From contig NC_059426.1 of the NCBI RefSeq assembly GCF_021028975.2, forward strand, positions 126,046,001 to 126,110,000: a DNA stretch of 64,000 nucleotides. Direction: 5' to 3'. Source of the stretch: Sphaerodactylus townsendi. Lineage: Eukaryota. The notes beneath the pieces were generated by a model, which saw nothing but the letters and a program-made list of their open reading frames with translations, was not told the DNA's origin and did not search any database. Shown one piece after another: positions 12,155-24,708 of the stretch; within the stretch, counting starts at the first letter, position 1, and the number at the start of each line of letters is the position of its first letter. Made by a program: the position numbers and the translations under genes.

Positions 12155-12790
12155 CCGCCTTACGCGGCCTGGGACCCTCGTATCTGAGAGACCGCATTAC
12201 CCCATATGCCCCTACTCGGCCTCTGCGATCAGCAGAGGCCAATTTGCTGGCGGTTCCTGGCCCCTTGATGATGCGGCTGGCCTCCACACGGGCCAGGACC
12301 TTTACGGCCCTGGCCCCAGCCTGGTGGAACACTCTTCCTCCAGCTGTGCCTCCTAGACCCTCTTGGAGGACCTTGCCAGTGATGAGAGATTCCGCAGGGG
12401 CCTGTAAGACCGAGTTGTTCCACGGTGCCTTTTTAGAAGATCCATTAAAAGCTGAGGTGGCGCCCCCTTCCCCCTCCTCCCTCTCCTTCCCCACCAATCT
12501 TCTTGCACATACCATCTGTTGCACTTTACCCACCTATTATCCCTCCCAGAGAGGAGACCTGAAGCCCCTCCCTTTTTTTTCTTTTACTGGGGTGATCTAA
12601 ATTGAATTGGCCATAATAGGGCACCTATTATGATGCTAACCGCTGTTTGTAAGTAGTTTTTAATGGTTTTTAGTATTATATTGTTGTTATCGATTTAATT
12701 AATTGTATATGTGAATGTTGTTCACCGCCCAGAGCCCCCAGGGGATGGGGCGGTTTATAAATCGAAACAATAAATAAATAAATAAATAAA
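12155..12790 (+). mobile_element. L2-like LINE 3' end with (TAAA)n tail
   Basis: ORF 'GLGPSYLRDRITPY..PLRSAEANLLAVP..APAWWNTLP' typical of L2 ORF2 C-terminus; ends in AATAAATAAA. Confidence 0.8.
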
Positions 12791-14435
12791 CTTCAGGCCA
12801 TTGTCACATATGACAACAAACCTAAGTTTGCCACCAAAATTCAACAGGAAACTGCAGTTAATCATGGCTCTGCAGTGAACTACCATTCCAAACATGTTTT
12901 CCTCATTCACACATAACACTGTCAGAGTAAAGCATGTACTTAAACATATCTATTGACTGCAGTGGGATCTCAAAGTTCCTTAATTTTGCACCTAAGAGTA
13001 TAAAATGTGTCAATCACCCTTCAACTTTGGTCTCTCACATGGTTGACCCTCATGGTTTCCCTTTCCTCTACCCCTTCACAGAAGAATAAAATGGATTTTA
13101 CATTTCCTTGGAAATGATGCAAAAGAATATCAAATATGACAGACCTTAAGAAAGCTCTGTTCTAAGTAATTTTTCATTTAACCATATATAAATTAATGGC
13201 ACTCATATGCTTCCAAAGATGGGTTCAAATTTACAAAACAACCCAGTCCTCCCATAAATAAAAGAATGATATAAGATATCATTTGATGCAGTGACATAGT
13301 CAAGTTTTAAACCATCTTTTGATGTTTTTCCCCATTAGAATGATTAAAAATAATCAGTTTTGGGGTGCCCAGGGCTTTATCATTCTTATTACACATTCCA
13401 GTTAAGTCTTTTTTCAAAGACGCTTGCATTTCACCTTTTCTTTGTAGAACTGTATACTTATTGTTTCCAGGCAATTTGTTATCTATCTATATCAGTGTTC
13501 TCTAATGCAGTGCCTCTGTATACCATGGCTCCTGTCAATGTGTTCACTGGCACCCCATTTGCTTCTTCCCCGTGGCAAGAAGCTAGTTATGGCTGTCTTC
13601 CGCTCCCTTGAATTAGAAATGCTTCAGAAGCATTGACAAAGCATCACTTTTGTGTCAGAAGGGAGCAACCATTTGAAAGTACCATCCTCCATCATAAGAG
13701 ATTGCTTCTGGGTGTGTAGGCGGGGGGGGGGGGGACTGCAAACTATTTTGAGTTTGGATCAAATCCTCATGACAGCCATTTTGGGATTTGTCACACGTTC
13801 CATGACAGCCATTTTGTGGTAGCACCTATAATCTGTTTGAGATTTCAGAAGTGCCCATGGGTTCAACAAGGTTTGAGGGGCCCTGAACTAGATCTATGTA
13901 TTACTGCATGTATATCTTGCCTTTTTTCTTTCCTGGAACCCAAGGCGGCTTACATAGGATTTCCAAGTGGTCTCCAATCTAATCACTGACCAGACCCATA
14001 TCTGCTGATCTTCAGCAAGGCTATCCCATGTGCCCTTTAATCATAACCTGGGTAAAATACCCCATTTCAGTATTAGCCAAACCCTAATAGACTTTAGAGA
14101 GGAAATGCATTCAAACCAGGAATACCAGTAAGCTATTATTTTTACAGTGACATACATAGGGAAATAAAACTGAGAGGCAATGATCTGCTCAAGACTCACC
14201 TTCCTCCAGGAAGTCAATATGGCACCAGGAAGGAGGCGGAGTTTACAAAAATCACAGATACCATGAAAACAAATTAAATGCTTTTCTGAACAGAAATGTC
14301 TTAAACAATTCACAAACTACTGCATAGCCGTAGACAGACCATTTTCAAGCAAGAACAGTGAATTCCACGAGTCAAAACAGAAGTCAATTTTGACTTCACT
14401 GCTAACACTGAGATTTTTAATGCAGAAAAACTTGC

Positions 14436-14492
14436 CCGTTTCTTGAAGACTGTAAACTTAGATGCACAGCCATAACATCTACCATCCATCAT
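14436..14492 (-). CDS. ZFYVE19: ZFYVE19 first coding exon (MMDGRCYGCASKFTVFKKR); the exon probably starts at 14570 in 5'UTR
   Basis: Similar to human MESRCYGCAVKFTLFKK; ends at CGG|GCAAGT (GC donor); upstream acceptor cccttctctgaag at 14571. Confidence 0.9.
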
Positions 14493-16084
14493 CACAGATA
14501 TGGTAGCACAGACAGTCGGAAGCACTTAATCCTTATCTGACTGCACACAGCTATTCAAGTTTTCTTCCTCCTTCAGAGAAGGGATGAATAGTAAGAGACA
14601 TACAATTGAGAAACATTGAAGATGGAACACTTTCTATGAAAACGACACCTTCTCATTCAATGAAATGAGACACCGATGACCTTTTCCTTGTACTAAATGA
14701 AAGCAACTTCAATAATAGCAGTTGTTAGTACTGATCTCATGAATCAATAACTTATGCCATTTAAAAATGAGGAAAGGCGTAATGCAAGAGTTTGAATTTA
14801 TGAACACATCAGCTTCTCAATAAGAGCTCGTACCACTTTTATCTTTGTGGGAGGCCTCACGAGAAGCCGCTCCTTTTCAGAGACACATGGAGATTCCTGG
14901 CAGGCGCTCAGAAGTGATTGGATTTGTTTGTTTCAAATTAAGTTCCCATCATGAATAATGCCTGGCAAAAACACAACCACCTGCAATATAATGATTGCAA
15001 GAGGAAAAGAGCCAATTTTGCTCTCCAGGGCAGTAGTGACCCATTACCTTCCCAAACCACTCACTCATCTCTACAGTTTTAAAGTGGAGCGTGTTGGAAG
15101 CAATCTACTACTTATACTGCCCTTAGCCAAGTGAGATTGCAGTAGATCATCTTCGCTTCATAACAATTTCTTTTTAAAATTGAGAAGCAATTTAGTGAAT
15201 AAGTAAGAATGATAAGATACCAGAGTCAGAATAGCTGGTTCACAAATTCAAGGAAATGTGGACTATACTACTGTGTATAGTCCGTACTATCTGTGGCTGT
15301 ATGTATTATCCTACTATGTAGTTTCCACATTGTTTAACATATGCTAATACCAGTACTTTAATTCACCTCTGTCTCAGATTTAATCTATGATATTGCTTAC
15401 TGGATTTCCCATGCTGTTGATTGTATTGATTTACACTATGCCTTGAGTGTCAGTGAGAAAGATGGACTACAAATAACATAAATAAACTGCATTTAATACA
15501 GCAGAAGCAGAGGCAGATTCCAAAACTCCCTTAGGTAAAACATTTCTTGCAAACAGAAAGCCAACAAGGCAAGGTATTGGGTGTGCGTGGGGTGTGTGTG
15601 TTAAACCTTTATCCCAGCGGAGCTAGTTTTCTGTTTGCAGGCTTGTTTGCTTTGTAACTGACATGAATTCAAAGTGGAATCCCACACCTGAACTATGAAT
15701 TGGCACAATTCATTCAAGTATCTCCAACCTGTGTGAATTAGAACTATAAGTAGGAGACTAAAGTTTCTACCCATCTACCGTCAGGCCAGTTGACTGGTCC
15801 CCTTCCCTTTCCCAAAGCTGACCCTGTGCCACTGTGATTCAGTGCAGCGGTCCACCTCAGGTTAGACTAGCCTTGCAGCTTCCTGGCTCTGGCAGACCTT
15901 CCACTTGCGATCTGAGTTAGGAAATTAAAAATGGTCCAAGGAATTTTAGCAGCGGTAACGTGGCTAATGCTCACAGGGGGTGCCATGTGGAGAGACATAT
16001 TACCCCCTGTGCTCCATGCCCGGCTTGCACTGGTTACCCGATCGAATTCGAGATCCCATTTTTTAGAAGGTGTTGGTGTTAACC

Positions 16085-16684
16085 TTTAAAGGGCCCTTAC
16101 AGCGGCCTGGGACCTCCATTACCCTCTTGGGACCGTCTTACCCCATATGTCCCAAATAGGCCTCTCTCGCGTTCCAGCGGGGCCAACCTCCTGAAGTGAT
16201 CCCTAGCCCCTCGATGAAATCACGGCTGAGCCTCCACCCGGGCCAGGAGCCTTTACAGCTCCTGGCCCCTGCCTGGTAGGGCAACGCTCTTCCATCAGCT
16301 ATAAGTATCCGGGCCCTGCGGGGATCTTGCTGGGTTCCGCAGGACCTGCTGAGAGACTGAGCTGTTCCACCGGGCCTTTGCACAGGAGACCAGCCCGTTG
16401 ATAGGGCCCCCTCCTCCTGCTTACTCCCCTCCGTTGCATGACATCAGCTAGGAGAATCCTGCCACCTTCCAATTGGGGTTTATGGGAATTAGGAGAGGAA
16501 GCCATCCTGAGTTAATTAATGCTGCATTTTAAATAGGGAAGGGTTTATTTTTTATTCTTATTAGAGCTGGTTTTGTAATCTATATTTATTGTTATTTAAA
16601 ATGTTGTTGCATCTATCCATGTTTGGCACACCGCCCTTTAGCCCTGGAAGGCCGGAGAGGCGGTTTATAAACAAATGATGGAAA

Positions 16685-16743
<59 letters not shown>

Positions 16744-16745
16744 AT
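16085..16745 (+). mobile_element. L2-like LINE 3' end (indel-rich) with long (TAAA)n tail
   Basis: Homologous to 12155-12790; (TAAA)n at about 16683-16745. Confidence 0.75.
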
Positions 16746-16935
16746 TTGGGCTTCCTATCTCCAGCCTAATCACTACCCAAAAGATCTTCAGCCTTTTAAA
16801 TGCCAGTCTTCTCGACAGAGGACTGCTTTTAAATTCCATCGTAAATATATTCGACTTCGTGCTTCCACCTCTCCATCTTGCTCTCGTCTCTCTAAGAAAC
16901 ACACGTGAAGATGGCCATGCTACTCCTACACCTAC

Positions 16936-17240
16936 CTTTGGCTGAATTGGGAGCCAGTCGAGGACCAACCCGTCCTCTCAATCTTCACTCCTTTTACCAC
17001 AGGATACCAAAGCAGCAGCACACAATCGACAGTTTGGAGGTCACAATCTGGAAATCAAACGTCAAAGAGCACATACAACTGACACAATCAGCTTTACAAC
17101 CAAGTCAGTATACAATCACAGCCCGGGAAAACACACCTGCACAAGGCAAACTTTTGACACCGTAAACCAGAACAACATGAATTAGGCTAGCAGGCAGGAA
17201 ACTTTGCTACCATCTCTTCTCGTCCGATTATATTCACTTA
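16936..17240 (-). other. ZFYVE19: Probable non-coding first exon of ZFYVE19 (5' boundary approximate)
   Basis: Strong donor AAG|GTAGGT at 16936/16935 immediately downstream of the promoter motif cluster. Confidence 0.5.
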
Positions 17241-17244
17241 TCAA

Positions 17245-17607
17245 TGGCAGCGTGCGGCATGATGGGAGTTATAGTTGCATCGCTCTCAAACGCCTCATTC
17301 TCTGGTAGAATTTCTTTACATAGAACTACACTTCCCAATAACACCTTTTTTCCTCTTGCGCGATGTCTGCTGGGAGTATTTGTTATTCCAACCCCGTCAA
17401 TGGAGTGTGGCATGATGGAAGTTGTAGTTCAAGGAGCTCTAAACTGTGGAGTATAGCGACAGTAAGTTCGCAGGAGGAAAAGACTACATTTCCCAACAGC
17501 CCACGGGAAGAGTAAGACTGCCAGAAGAAGCGGCCGGGCTAATAGTGGTGCCGGGCCTGGAATAAAGTGTCTTCAGCCTGAGAAGCCGAATTAGACCGTG
17601 AGAAAAT
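17245..17607. promoter_or_regulatory. Bidirectional ZFYVE19/DNAJC17 promoter with clustered ACTACAnnTCCCA (ZNF143/THAP11-type) motifs
   Basis: Motifs or one-mismatch variants at 17263-17275(-), 17325-17337(+), 17416-17428(-), 17483-17495(+); raised CpG; head-to-head genes. Confidence 0.8.
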
Positions 17608-17685
17608 ATGGCGGTTGATAAAGATCTGCTGCAGCTGGACTTGTACGAGTTGTTGGGAGTTGGTGAGAAAGCGGTGGATAAAGAG
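17608..17685 (+). CDS. DNAJC17: DNAJC17 exon 1 ([26 protein letters not shown])
   Basis: ATG in AATATGG context, GAG|GTCAGG donor, human [26 protein letters not shown]. Confidence 0.95.
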
Positions 17686-18639
17686 GTCAGGAAGGCGCTA
17701 TGGAACTGCTGGGGCTAAGGCTAAAGTGGGGCGGGGACCCCTGGTGTCCTCCTTCTTCCCAAACATCGACTCCCCGTCCTCCACCCCTAAATCTCCAGGA
17801 ATTTCCCCACCCGGGGTTGGCCACCTTAGGAAGGCCCGTATCCCAATAATATGAAAGGAATGGTTAGGAGCCTTCAAAAACGGCCTAGTCAGCAATCCGT
17901 TTGTCAAGGCCCAACAGGTTTTGAATCAGAAGCAGAAAATGTCTTCAAACAGTGCTACAAAACTGTCTGTCAGGTTCTACAGCTGTGTTAGTCTGTAGCA
18001 GCAAAATAAAGCAGGAATACAATGACACCATAAAGACCCTAAAAATTATTCCAGTGTACGTTTTGTTAGTCCCTACTGTGCTGTTGGACTTCTGTTTTAT
18101 ATAACTGCCTGACTGTAATATTGTTATTTAAGTAGTTCTTTGGAAGAAATTGATTCAGCACTTCTTCAGGGGCAACTAAGTTGGGTGATGCTCATAACTA
18201 CTAAAACAATCTTATAATCTGACAATTTGTAGGGCTATATAAAATGTTTTGAATGGCAGGTGCCCTGACGATGAGTCTTGCTAACTTGAAATGTGTTGGG
18301 CCTTAAATGGATTCTCTTCTGCCCCTGTGGAAGTTTTCCTCTTCTCTTGCTGTCTCCTTGCCCTGCTGCATTTTTTTCTCCTCTTTTTTGCTTTCTACAA
18401 AAAACCAAACTCCAGAGTTCCATCTCACTTTCCCCATATTCCCATGTCCCATTGTGCTCTGGCATGACAAAGAAACAAGTGTCAGGCTGGAGATATGTAT
18501 GTAAGTACAGGTTTGATCCTTAATGGCTTGGCTATCACAGGCAGGGCTGGCCCTATCTCCAAAATTTATTTCTCATATTTGGAGCTAAATGAGCAGCTTC
18601 TGAATTCCAGTAATTAGTAGTCAGCTCTGTAGGGTATTT

Positions 18640-19643
18640 GCGCTGTGGTAGTAGTCGCTGTGGTCACCACATCTCAAAAAGGATATCGAGGAGATAGAAA
18701 GAGAGTGCGAAGAGGAAGACTGGCAACGCAGGGATGATTGAGGGATTGGAGCACCCTTCCCCCTATCAATGGAGAGGCTGCAGCGCATAAAGAATCAAGA
18801 TTAGGTAGCCAGAGATCTGAGCTTCTCCTCCATACAAATCACTGTCCAAAATGCCCTTTTTTAAGAGCTATCCAGATAAAGTGGTCATCCACCACCTCCT
18901 GTGGCAGCATATTCCAAGAGCACTAATCACCGTTGCGTGAAAAATGTTTCCTTTTATTAGCTCCCATATTATTCTTTCAGCATTTTCAATGTATGCCCTC
19001 TGAAACCTTCTAGGTATTGCTTGAGAGAGAGAGAAAAAGTTTCTCTCTTGTATCCAACATTTTCTCTACCCTCATGCATCACTGCCTTTGCATAGACTTC
19101 AATCCTATAAAAGAGCCTCTCGAGCGGGAGATGTCTGAGGGGGGATATGATTGAAGTCCTATAAAAGATGATGCATGGGGTAGAAAATGTTGGACAGAGA
19201 GGGAACTTTTTCTCTCTTTCTCCACAAATACTAGAACCAGGGGGGCATACATTTGGAAAATGCTGGGGGGGAAGAATTAGGACTAATAAAAGGAAACATT
19301 TTTTTTCACGCAACATGTGATTAGTGTTTGGAATATGCTGCCATAGGAGGTGGTGATGGCCACTAACCTGGATAGCTTTAAAAAGGGCTTGGACAGAATT
19401 TTTGAGGAGAAGTCGATCTACGGCTATCAATCTTAGAATCCCTCCTTGATCTGAGCAAGTTGCAAAATGCCTTTAGCAGACCAGCTTATTTCTAGGAGGC
19501 AACTTAGCAGCAGAAGGCCATTGCTTTCTTAGCACCATCCATGCATGTGAGCTCCCAAAGGCACCTGTTGGCCACTGCAAGTAGCAGAGTGCTGGACTAG
19601 ATGGACTTTGGTCTGATTCAGCAGGCTCATTCTTATGTTCTTA
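18640..19643 (+). mobile_element. 5'-truncated CR1 3' end with an internal inverted duplication
   Basis: Homologous to the reverse complement of 44870-45480; ends TTCTTATGTTCTTA; very indel-rich. Confidence 0.8.
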
Positions 19644-20879
19644 GGGTGAGGTGAAGGGAATGTGTCTCATCTAACCTTAAAAGTCAGTGGTCTCACACAG
19701 TTGTACTGTAGGATTGGGGAATCTCCCAGTCTTTTATTCCCCAATTGTATTTCCCTTTCAAATCACCACAGGCTCATTACTTGTTATTCTTCTATTGCAA
19801 GCCACATAGAGCTGAAATGGAGAATTTGGGGTTGTGGCTTATGCTTTGAACAACTGCTGTGCTTAAAAGCCTTTGTAATATAGTAACTGGTTAGATTAGA
19901 TGTGTAAACCTCAGGTTTTTATCTCAGTTTAGCTATAAAGCTCTATTGGGTGGCCTTAGGAAAGGCACTGGCATTTTTCCTCTATCTAGCCTACTCTTAC
20001 AGGGGTAATAGGTGTGGAGTCTGCATTGGCTGCTTTTTTCTTCCCTTTGTGCTATTGAGCAGGCTATGTAGCAGGCAAGGAAGTTCATCAGATTAAACCA
20101 ACTTTCTAAAGAATAGGAGCCTTAGTTGCACTGTGTGAAAGCAGCTTTGGACTCAGTGAATTTGTATCTCACACAGTTGGTCAAAGGAGCTTTGTCTTGA
20201 AAAAGAATGCATTACCCACCCACCTAACAGGGACTGATTGTTGTATAGCAGTGAAGAAAAAGGTGCTTAGTTCACCAACAAAGCTGTTTCATTGTCTCGA
20301 GTATTTCAGGAACTGAAAATGCATCTGGGATAAACCTTGGCTCAAATTAAACTCTGATTAAATGAGATTAACTTTAAAAAGTTGAAATTTTTCCCTCCAA
20401 AGGCAAAATCTATTTCTATTTTGCCTTTGATTTTAAGATTTTGTAACTTGTGCTTTCCTGTAGGTGTTGACATTGTAAGTAGATATAAGTTTGGAGCATG
20501 TTGGGTTAGTCAAAGGACATATTTGATGAGAATAAGTATATCTTAAGCAAAGCCGACGTTTAGATTACAATAACAAAAGATGCTTTGAGTCATCATATTT
20601 GGATACTTAACTATTTTTTTTGCAGTTAAAATAACTGTATTTTATGAAATAGAAAATGTTTTTAAGTAAAATATTGCTTAACCTTTTTCATAAAGGCTCC
20701 AGTTAATTTTTTTTCTGAATGTGCATAATTGAGTGAAGAAGGAGACTGTGTCCTAGAATTGATATCTTTCTCCCCCGTCTGTCTGTCTGTCATCCTTGAC
20801 TATGGAGGCCCAGGTAGCATATATCACTTGGGTAGCATTCTTTCATCTGCGCCAGGTGAAACATCTGGCACCTATCTCT

Positions 20880-21650
20880 CTCAGTCTGAAGTCCCCAACC
20901 ACGCCGAAATCCCATGCAATGTAGATTTAGCTCTCCTAGAAGCCCTAAGAGCTACTGCAATTTCTATTCAGGGCTATCTTGGGTCTGCTCCGGAGGCTCC
21001 AACTCATCCAGAATGCAGCAGCAAGAGTCCTTATGGAGTCCTTGTGGCAAACACGTATACAACCTGTTCTCCAGCAGCTGCACTGGTCTTGTGTGGAGCA
21101 CCGAATCAGATTCAAGGTTCTTGAACTAATGTCCAAAGCCCTAAATGTCTGTGACTGCCATACTTACAGGACCGTCTCTCCCAGTACCCTCCCCAAATAT
21201 CGCTCCACTCGGTGAATATGAGCTTATTGGTATTCCCCAGCCCCAAGAAAATCTGGCCTGCATCAACCAGGGCCAAGGTCAGCTTTCAGTGGGAACCTGA
21301 TTTCTGCCTGAGGAGCATCTCAGGGCCCCTGCCAGCTGGCCTGTAGGCAGTTCCACAGGGCCTGCAAGACAGAGCTATTGCTCACACATTTGGATGAGGC
21401 AGCTACAGTTAACTATTTAGGCCTCCCTTCCAATCTTTGATGTCTAATACTTTCATCTAGTCATCAGGACCCCTGGAAGTTATGGTTGTTGTAATTTGTT
21501 CATCTTATGAATTGAAAGGTACTGCCGCTTGGATCTAGTAGTATGTTTTGTTGATTTTTAGATGCTTTTAAATGTGTGTGTGTATACATATATCTATATA
21601 GGGGTGGGGAGGGGTGGCATAGTAAATGAATACACAAACAAATAAATAAA
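20880..21650 (+). mobile_element. L2-like LINE 3' fragment
   Basis: ORF 'LLRRLQLIQNAAARVL..IQPVLQQLHW..RIRFKVL' typical of L2 ORF2; AATAAATAAA tail. Confidence 0.8.
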
Positions 21651-21885
21651 AATTAGCTTACTGAAATGATACTCTGTTCAGGGGCAAAATAACTCCACCA
21701 GAAGCAGGAATCATATAGTGGGGAAGGACTGTTTACTTCATGCCTTGCTTATGGACATGTGACTAGCCACTTTTGGAAACTGGATACTAGATTTGAAGGA
21801 CTTTTTGTCTTTCTAAAACATGAAATCAGCAGAAATCCCTGTGTGTGTGTTTTTAGGACATGGTTTTGTTTTCTATACCCTACAT

Positions 21886-22030
21886 CAGTGATGGCGAACC
21901 TTTGGCACTCCAGATGTTATGGACTACAATTCCCATCAGCCCCTGCCAGCATGGCCAATTGGCCTGCTGGCAGGGGCTGATGGGAATTGTAGTCCATAAC
22001 ATCTGGAGTGCCGAAGGTTTGCCACCACGG
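21886..22030. mobile_element. Palindromic hAT MITE (same family as 5746)
   Basis: TIR CAGTGATGGCGAACC; 8-bp TSD CCCTACAT on both sides. Confidence 0.92.
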
Positions 22031-22086
22031 CCCTACATGTTTACTTATGGAGAGTGAAATGGCCCTCAGTGACAACAACCTATCCA

Positions 22087-22360
22087 TCTGTTGGTTGCTG
22101 TGGGTTTTCCGGGCTGTGAGGCTGTGGTCTGGTAGATCTTGTTCCTAACATTTCGCCTTCATCTGTCACTAGCATCTTCAGAGGTGTATCACAGAGAAGT
22201 CTGTTACACACTCAGTGGGAAGTCTGTTACATACACAGTGTGTAACAGACTTCTCTCTGTGATACACCTCTGAAGATGCCAGCCACAGAAAAGTTAGGAA
22301 CAAGATGGGAACCCACAACAACCAGTTGAGTCCGGCCGTGAAAGCCTTCCACAATACATT
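22087..22360. mobile_element. Penelope-like inverted pLTR pair
   Basis: Inverted arms; family tail GGCCGTGAAAGCCTTCCACAATACA. Confidence 0.7.
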
Positions 22361-22459
22361 TTTCTGATCTTTTTGTTGACATTTCTTTGTTTACTGTACT
22401 TGGAATGCTACCTCGATCTGTTGGTCACATTGTTAAATCTCTCAATTCTTTTTCTACAG

Positions 22460-22529
22460 ATTAAGAAAGCCTACAGACAAAAGGCATTGACTTGCCATCC
22501 AGATAAAAATCCAGATAATCCCAAAGCAG
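22460..22529 (+). CDS. DNAJC17: DNAJC17 exon 2 ([23 protein letters not shown]; J-domain HPD motif)
   Basis: ttctacag acceptor, G|GTAACT donor, HPD motif. Confidence 0.97.
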
Positions 22530-23351
22530 GTAACTAGCAGCCTTAGTGGAAAGTGTTTGCTGTTTGCTATTTTGTGTTTTTTCATGGGTGTCCACTAGGA
22601 GCATGTAGGTTTATCCAGAAACACATAGCAGTTTCTGTGCATTTATCTATAGGCAGATTCATTAGAAAGGAGAACGTACATTGTGGAGAGTATTTTAGAA
22701 GCCCATTTGGCAGTTTGCATGGGGTTATTTATGGAATTAATTTATCCCAAGAGAGTTCCTTTATTTCCATTTTCAATTTATGATCTAGAAGTCATTTGTA
22801 TATTTTGAAGAGAGCTACAAGTGACAGAAGAGAGCACTGCTATAATGCTTTAGAATAACCAAATTTCTCCAAATTTCGCAAGAGTTTACAGACTTTAGAT
22901 TTCATGGCAAACTCACAATATTTGGCAAGGATGCTGAAAGAATCTCACCAGGCTGCTCTATGATTGTACATTTAGAAATAGATCATTTAAGGACTGTTTG
23001 TTTACTTTTTTAGAGTTTTCATCACAAGGTGCAAGCATTGCAGTTTAAATGGGTATTTAAGTTCTAGCATACTCCTTTATGTGGTTTGATTCTTCCATTA
23101 TCGCAGATTATACAGTGACTTACCATATTATATAGATGTTCCAAGCTGTAACGCTGGTCTGTTGTTTCCTTGGTGCTGAAATAGCTCTTGATGTAGCACA
23201 TTGGAAATGGGGGATCTACACAGGAGGTTTTCCTCTACTCTTTTCCTCTGTGTCTTTTTTCTGTTTTCCTGTACGCATCTCCTCAACTCAAAGCATTTGT
23301 GTGACTGTACGCAGGCATCCACTATAGTGCTATTTCAGTAGAATGCAGTTA

Positions 23352-23650
23352 AAAAGAAGAAAAAGAAAAGAGTTGGTTTTATGCCCTGCTTTTCTTTCGT
23401 GTAAGGAGACTCAAAGTAGATTACAATCTCCTTCCTTCCCCTCCCCACAAAAGGCACCTTGTGAGGTAGGTTTGAAGAGAAAGTTTGAAGAGACTAGCCC
23501 AAGTTCATCCAGCAGTCTTCTTGTGGAGGAGTGGGGAAAACAAATCCAGTCCACCAGATAAGAGTCTGCCATCATGTGGAAGAGTGGGGAATCAAACCTG
23601 GTTCTCCAGCTTGGATTCCATCACTCTTAACCACTACACCACACTGGCTG
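23352..23650 (-). mobile_element. tRNA-derived squamate SINE (Squam3-like)
   Basis: Minus strand begins AGCCAGTGTGGTGTAGTGGTTAAGAG (A box) then GGTTTGATTCC (B box); TC-rich tail. Confidence 0.7.
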
Positions 23651-24649
23651 TGTGCCAATGCAAAATACTTCTTCCATGTGTGGATAGTGGTGAGTCTGAC
23701 TTCTGCTAGTGCTTAGAAACAGGAGAAAAGACAGAGAAGGAGACCAAGAACAGTGTCTGGGGTTGACACAGAAGATAATGTTACTGTGGCTGAGGTAAAA
23801 GAATAAACCTCTTTCAAATCCTTCACAGATACAAATGAATTTCCATCAGTTGGGTTTTTTTCCCGGAGTTTCTGGCAAGTCATATTTGCTGATTTCCATC
23901 TCCACCTTAACACACACATCCCTAAGGCTGCGGCCATCCTTGCCTGCATAACTTCATCCTCATTCATCATTGGTGCTATTTTCCAGTTTGGGTTCCATGC
24001 TGTGGCAATGTCATCCCCTTGATGACTGCCAGTGACTAATAGTACTCTTCAAAGGATGTACTTTGATGGATTCACGTTTTTTTAAAAATAATGTCCACAT
24101 TATGTGTCCTTGCTCTGTCTTCTCAATACATCGGAAGGACAAAATGCCATCTTTCTTTTGGATTAAAAATTTGGAATGGCACACAATGCATGGGGGGGCG
24201 GGGAAGGGGTAATACCCACACTGGTTTAACACCTGCCTTATCTTATGAAGTCATTCCAAACGCATAGCTGTGTAGCTGCTTCTGGACTCCATACAGCACA
24301 AAATGGTGCTGAGGGGTGTAGGGGTGGGCTGAATTTGAGGAAAACATTAACACAAAGGAGGTTTCAGAAACATTGGTAAAGACACAGGAGAAAACTGGCC
24401 CAGCAAGGGATTAGCAACAGAGTTGTGAGGAAACTCTGAAGTAATCCGATTAACAAAGGCATCCAAACTGCAGCAATAAGGCTGTCTGGAATATGTCGTG
24501 GGTAGTAGTTCTATGAAATTCTTTTTCCACAGGTAAAGCTAGCTTTGAATGCAGTAGCAAAGGGAGTTTCCTGTTTCAATTGCATAATCAGAAATTAGAT
24601 TTGCTTTCCTATGACATTGTATTTAATGTGTTAATTTTCTGTTTCCCAG

Positions 24650-24708
24650 CTGAGCTCTTTCATCAGTTGTCTCAGGCGTTGGCAGTTCTAACAGATGCAG
24701 CAGCCAGG
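24650..24708 (+). CDS. DNAJC17: DNAJC17 exon 3 (AELFHQLSQALAVLTDAAAR)
   Basis: ttcccag acceptor, AGG|GTGAGT donor. Confidence 0.96.

Noticed and set aside
14310-14435. ORF read-through past the first ZFYVE19 coding exon
   Set aside because: Similarity to ZFYVE19 stops at FKKR and resumes at 11284, so this is intron
15047-15085. Possible extra ZFYVE19 5'UTR exon (AAG|GTAATG donor)
   Set aside because: No convincing acceptor or other support
23580-23650. tRNA gene
   Set aside because: A and B boxes belong to a SINE head; no complete cloverleaf
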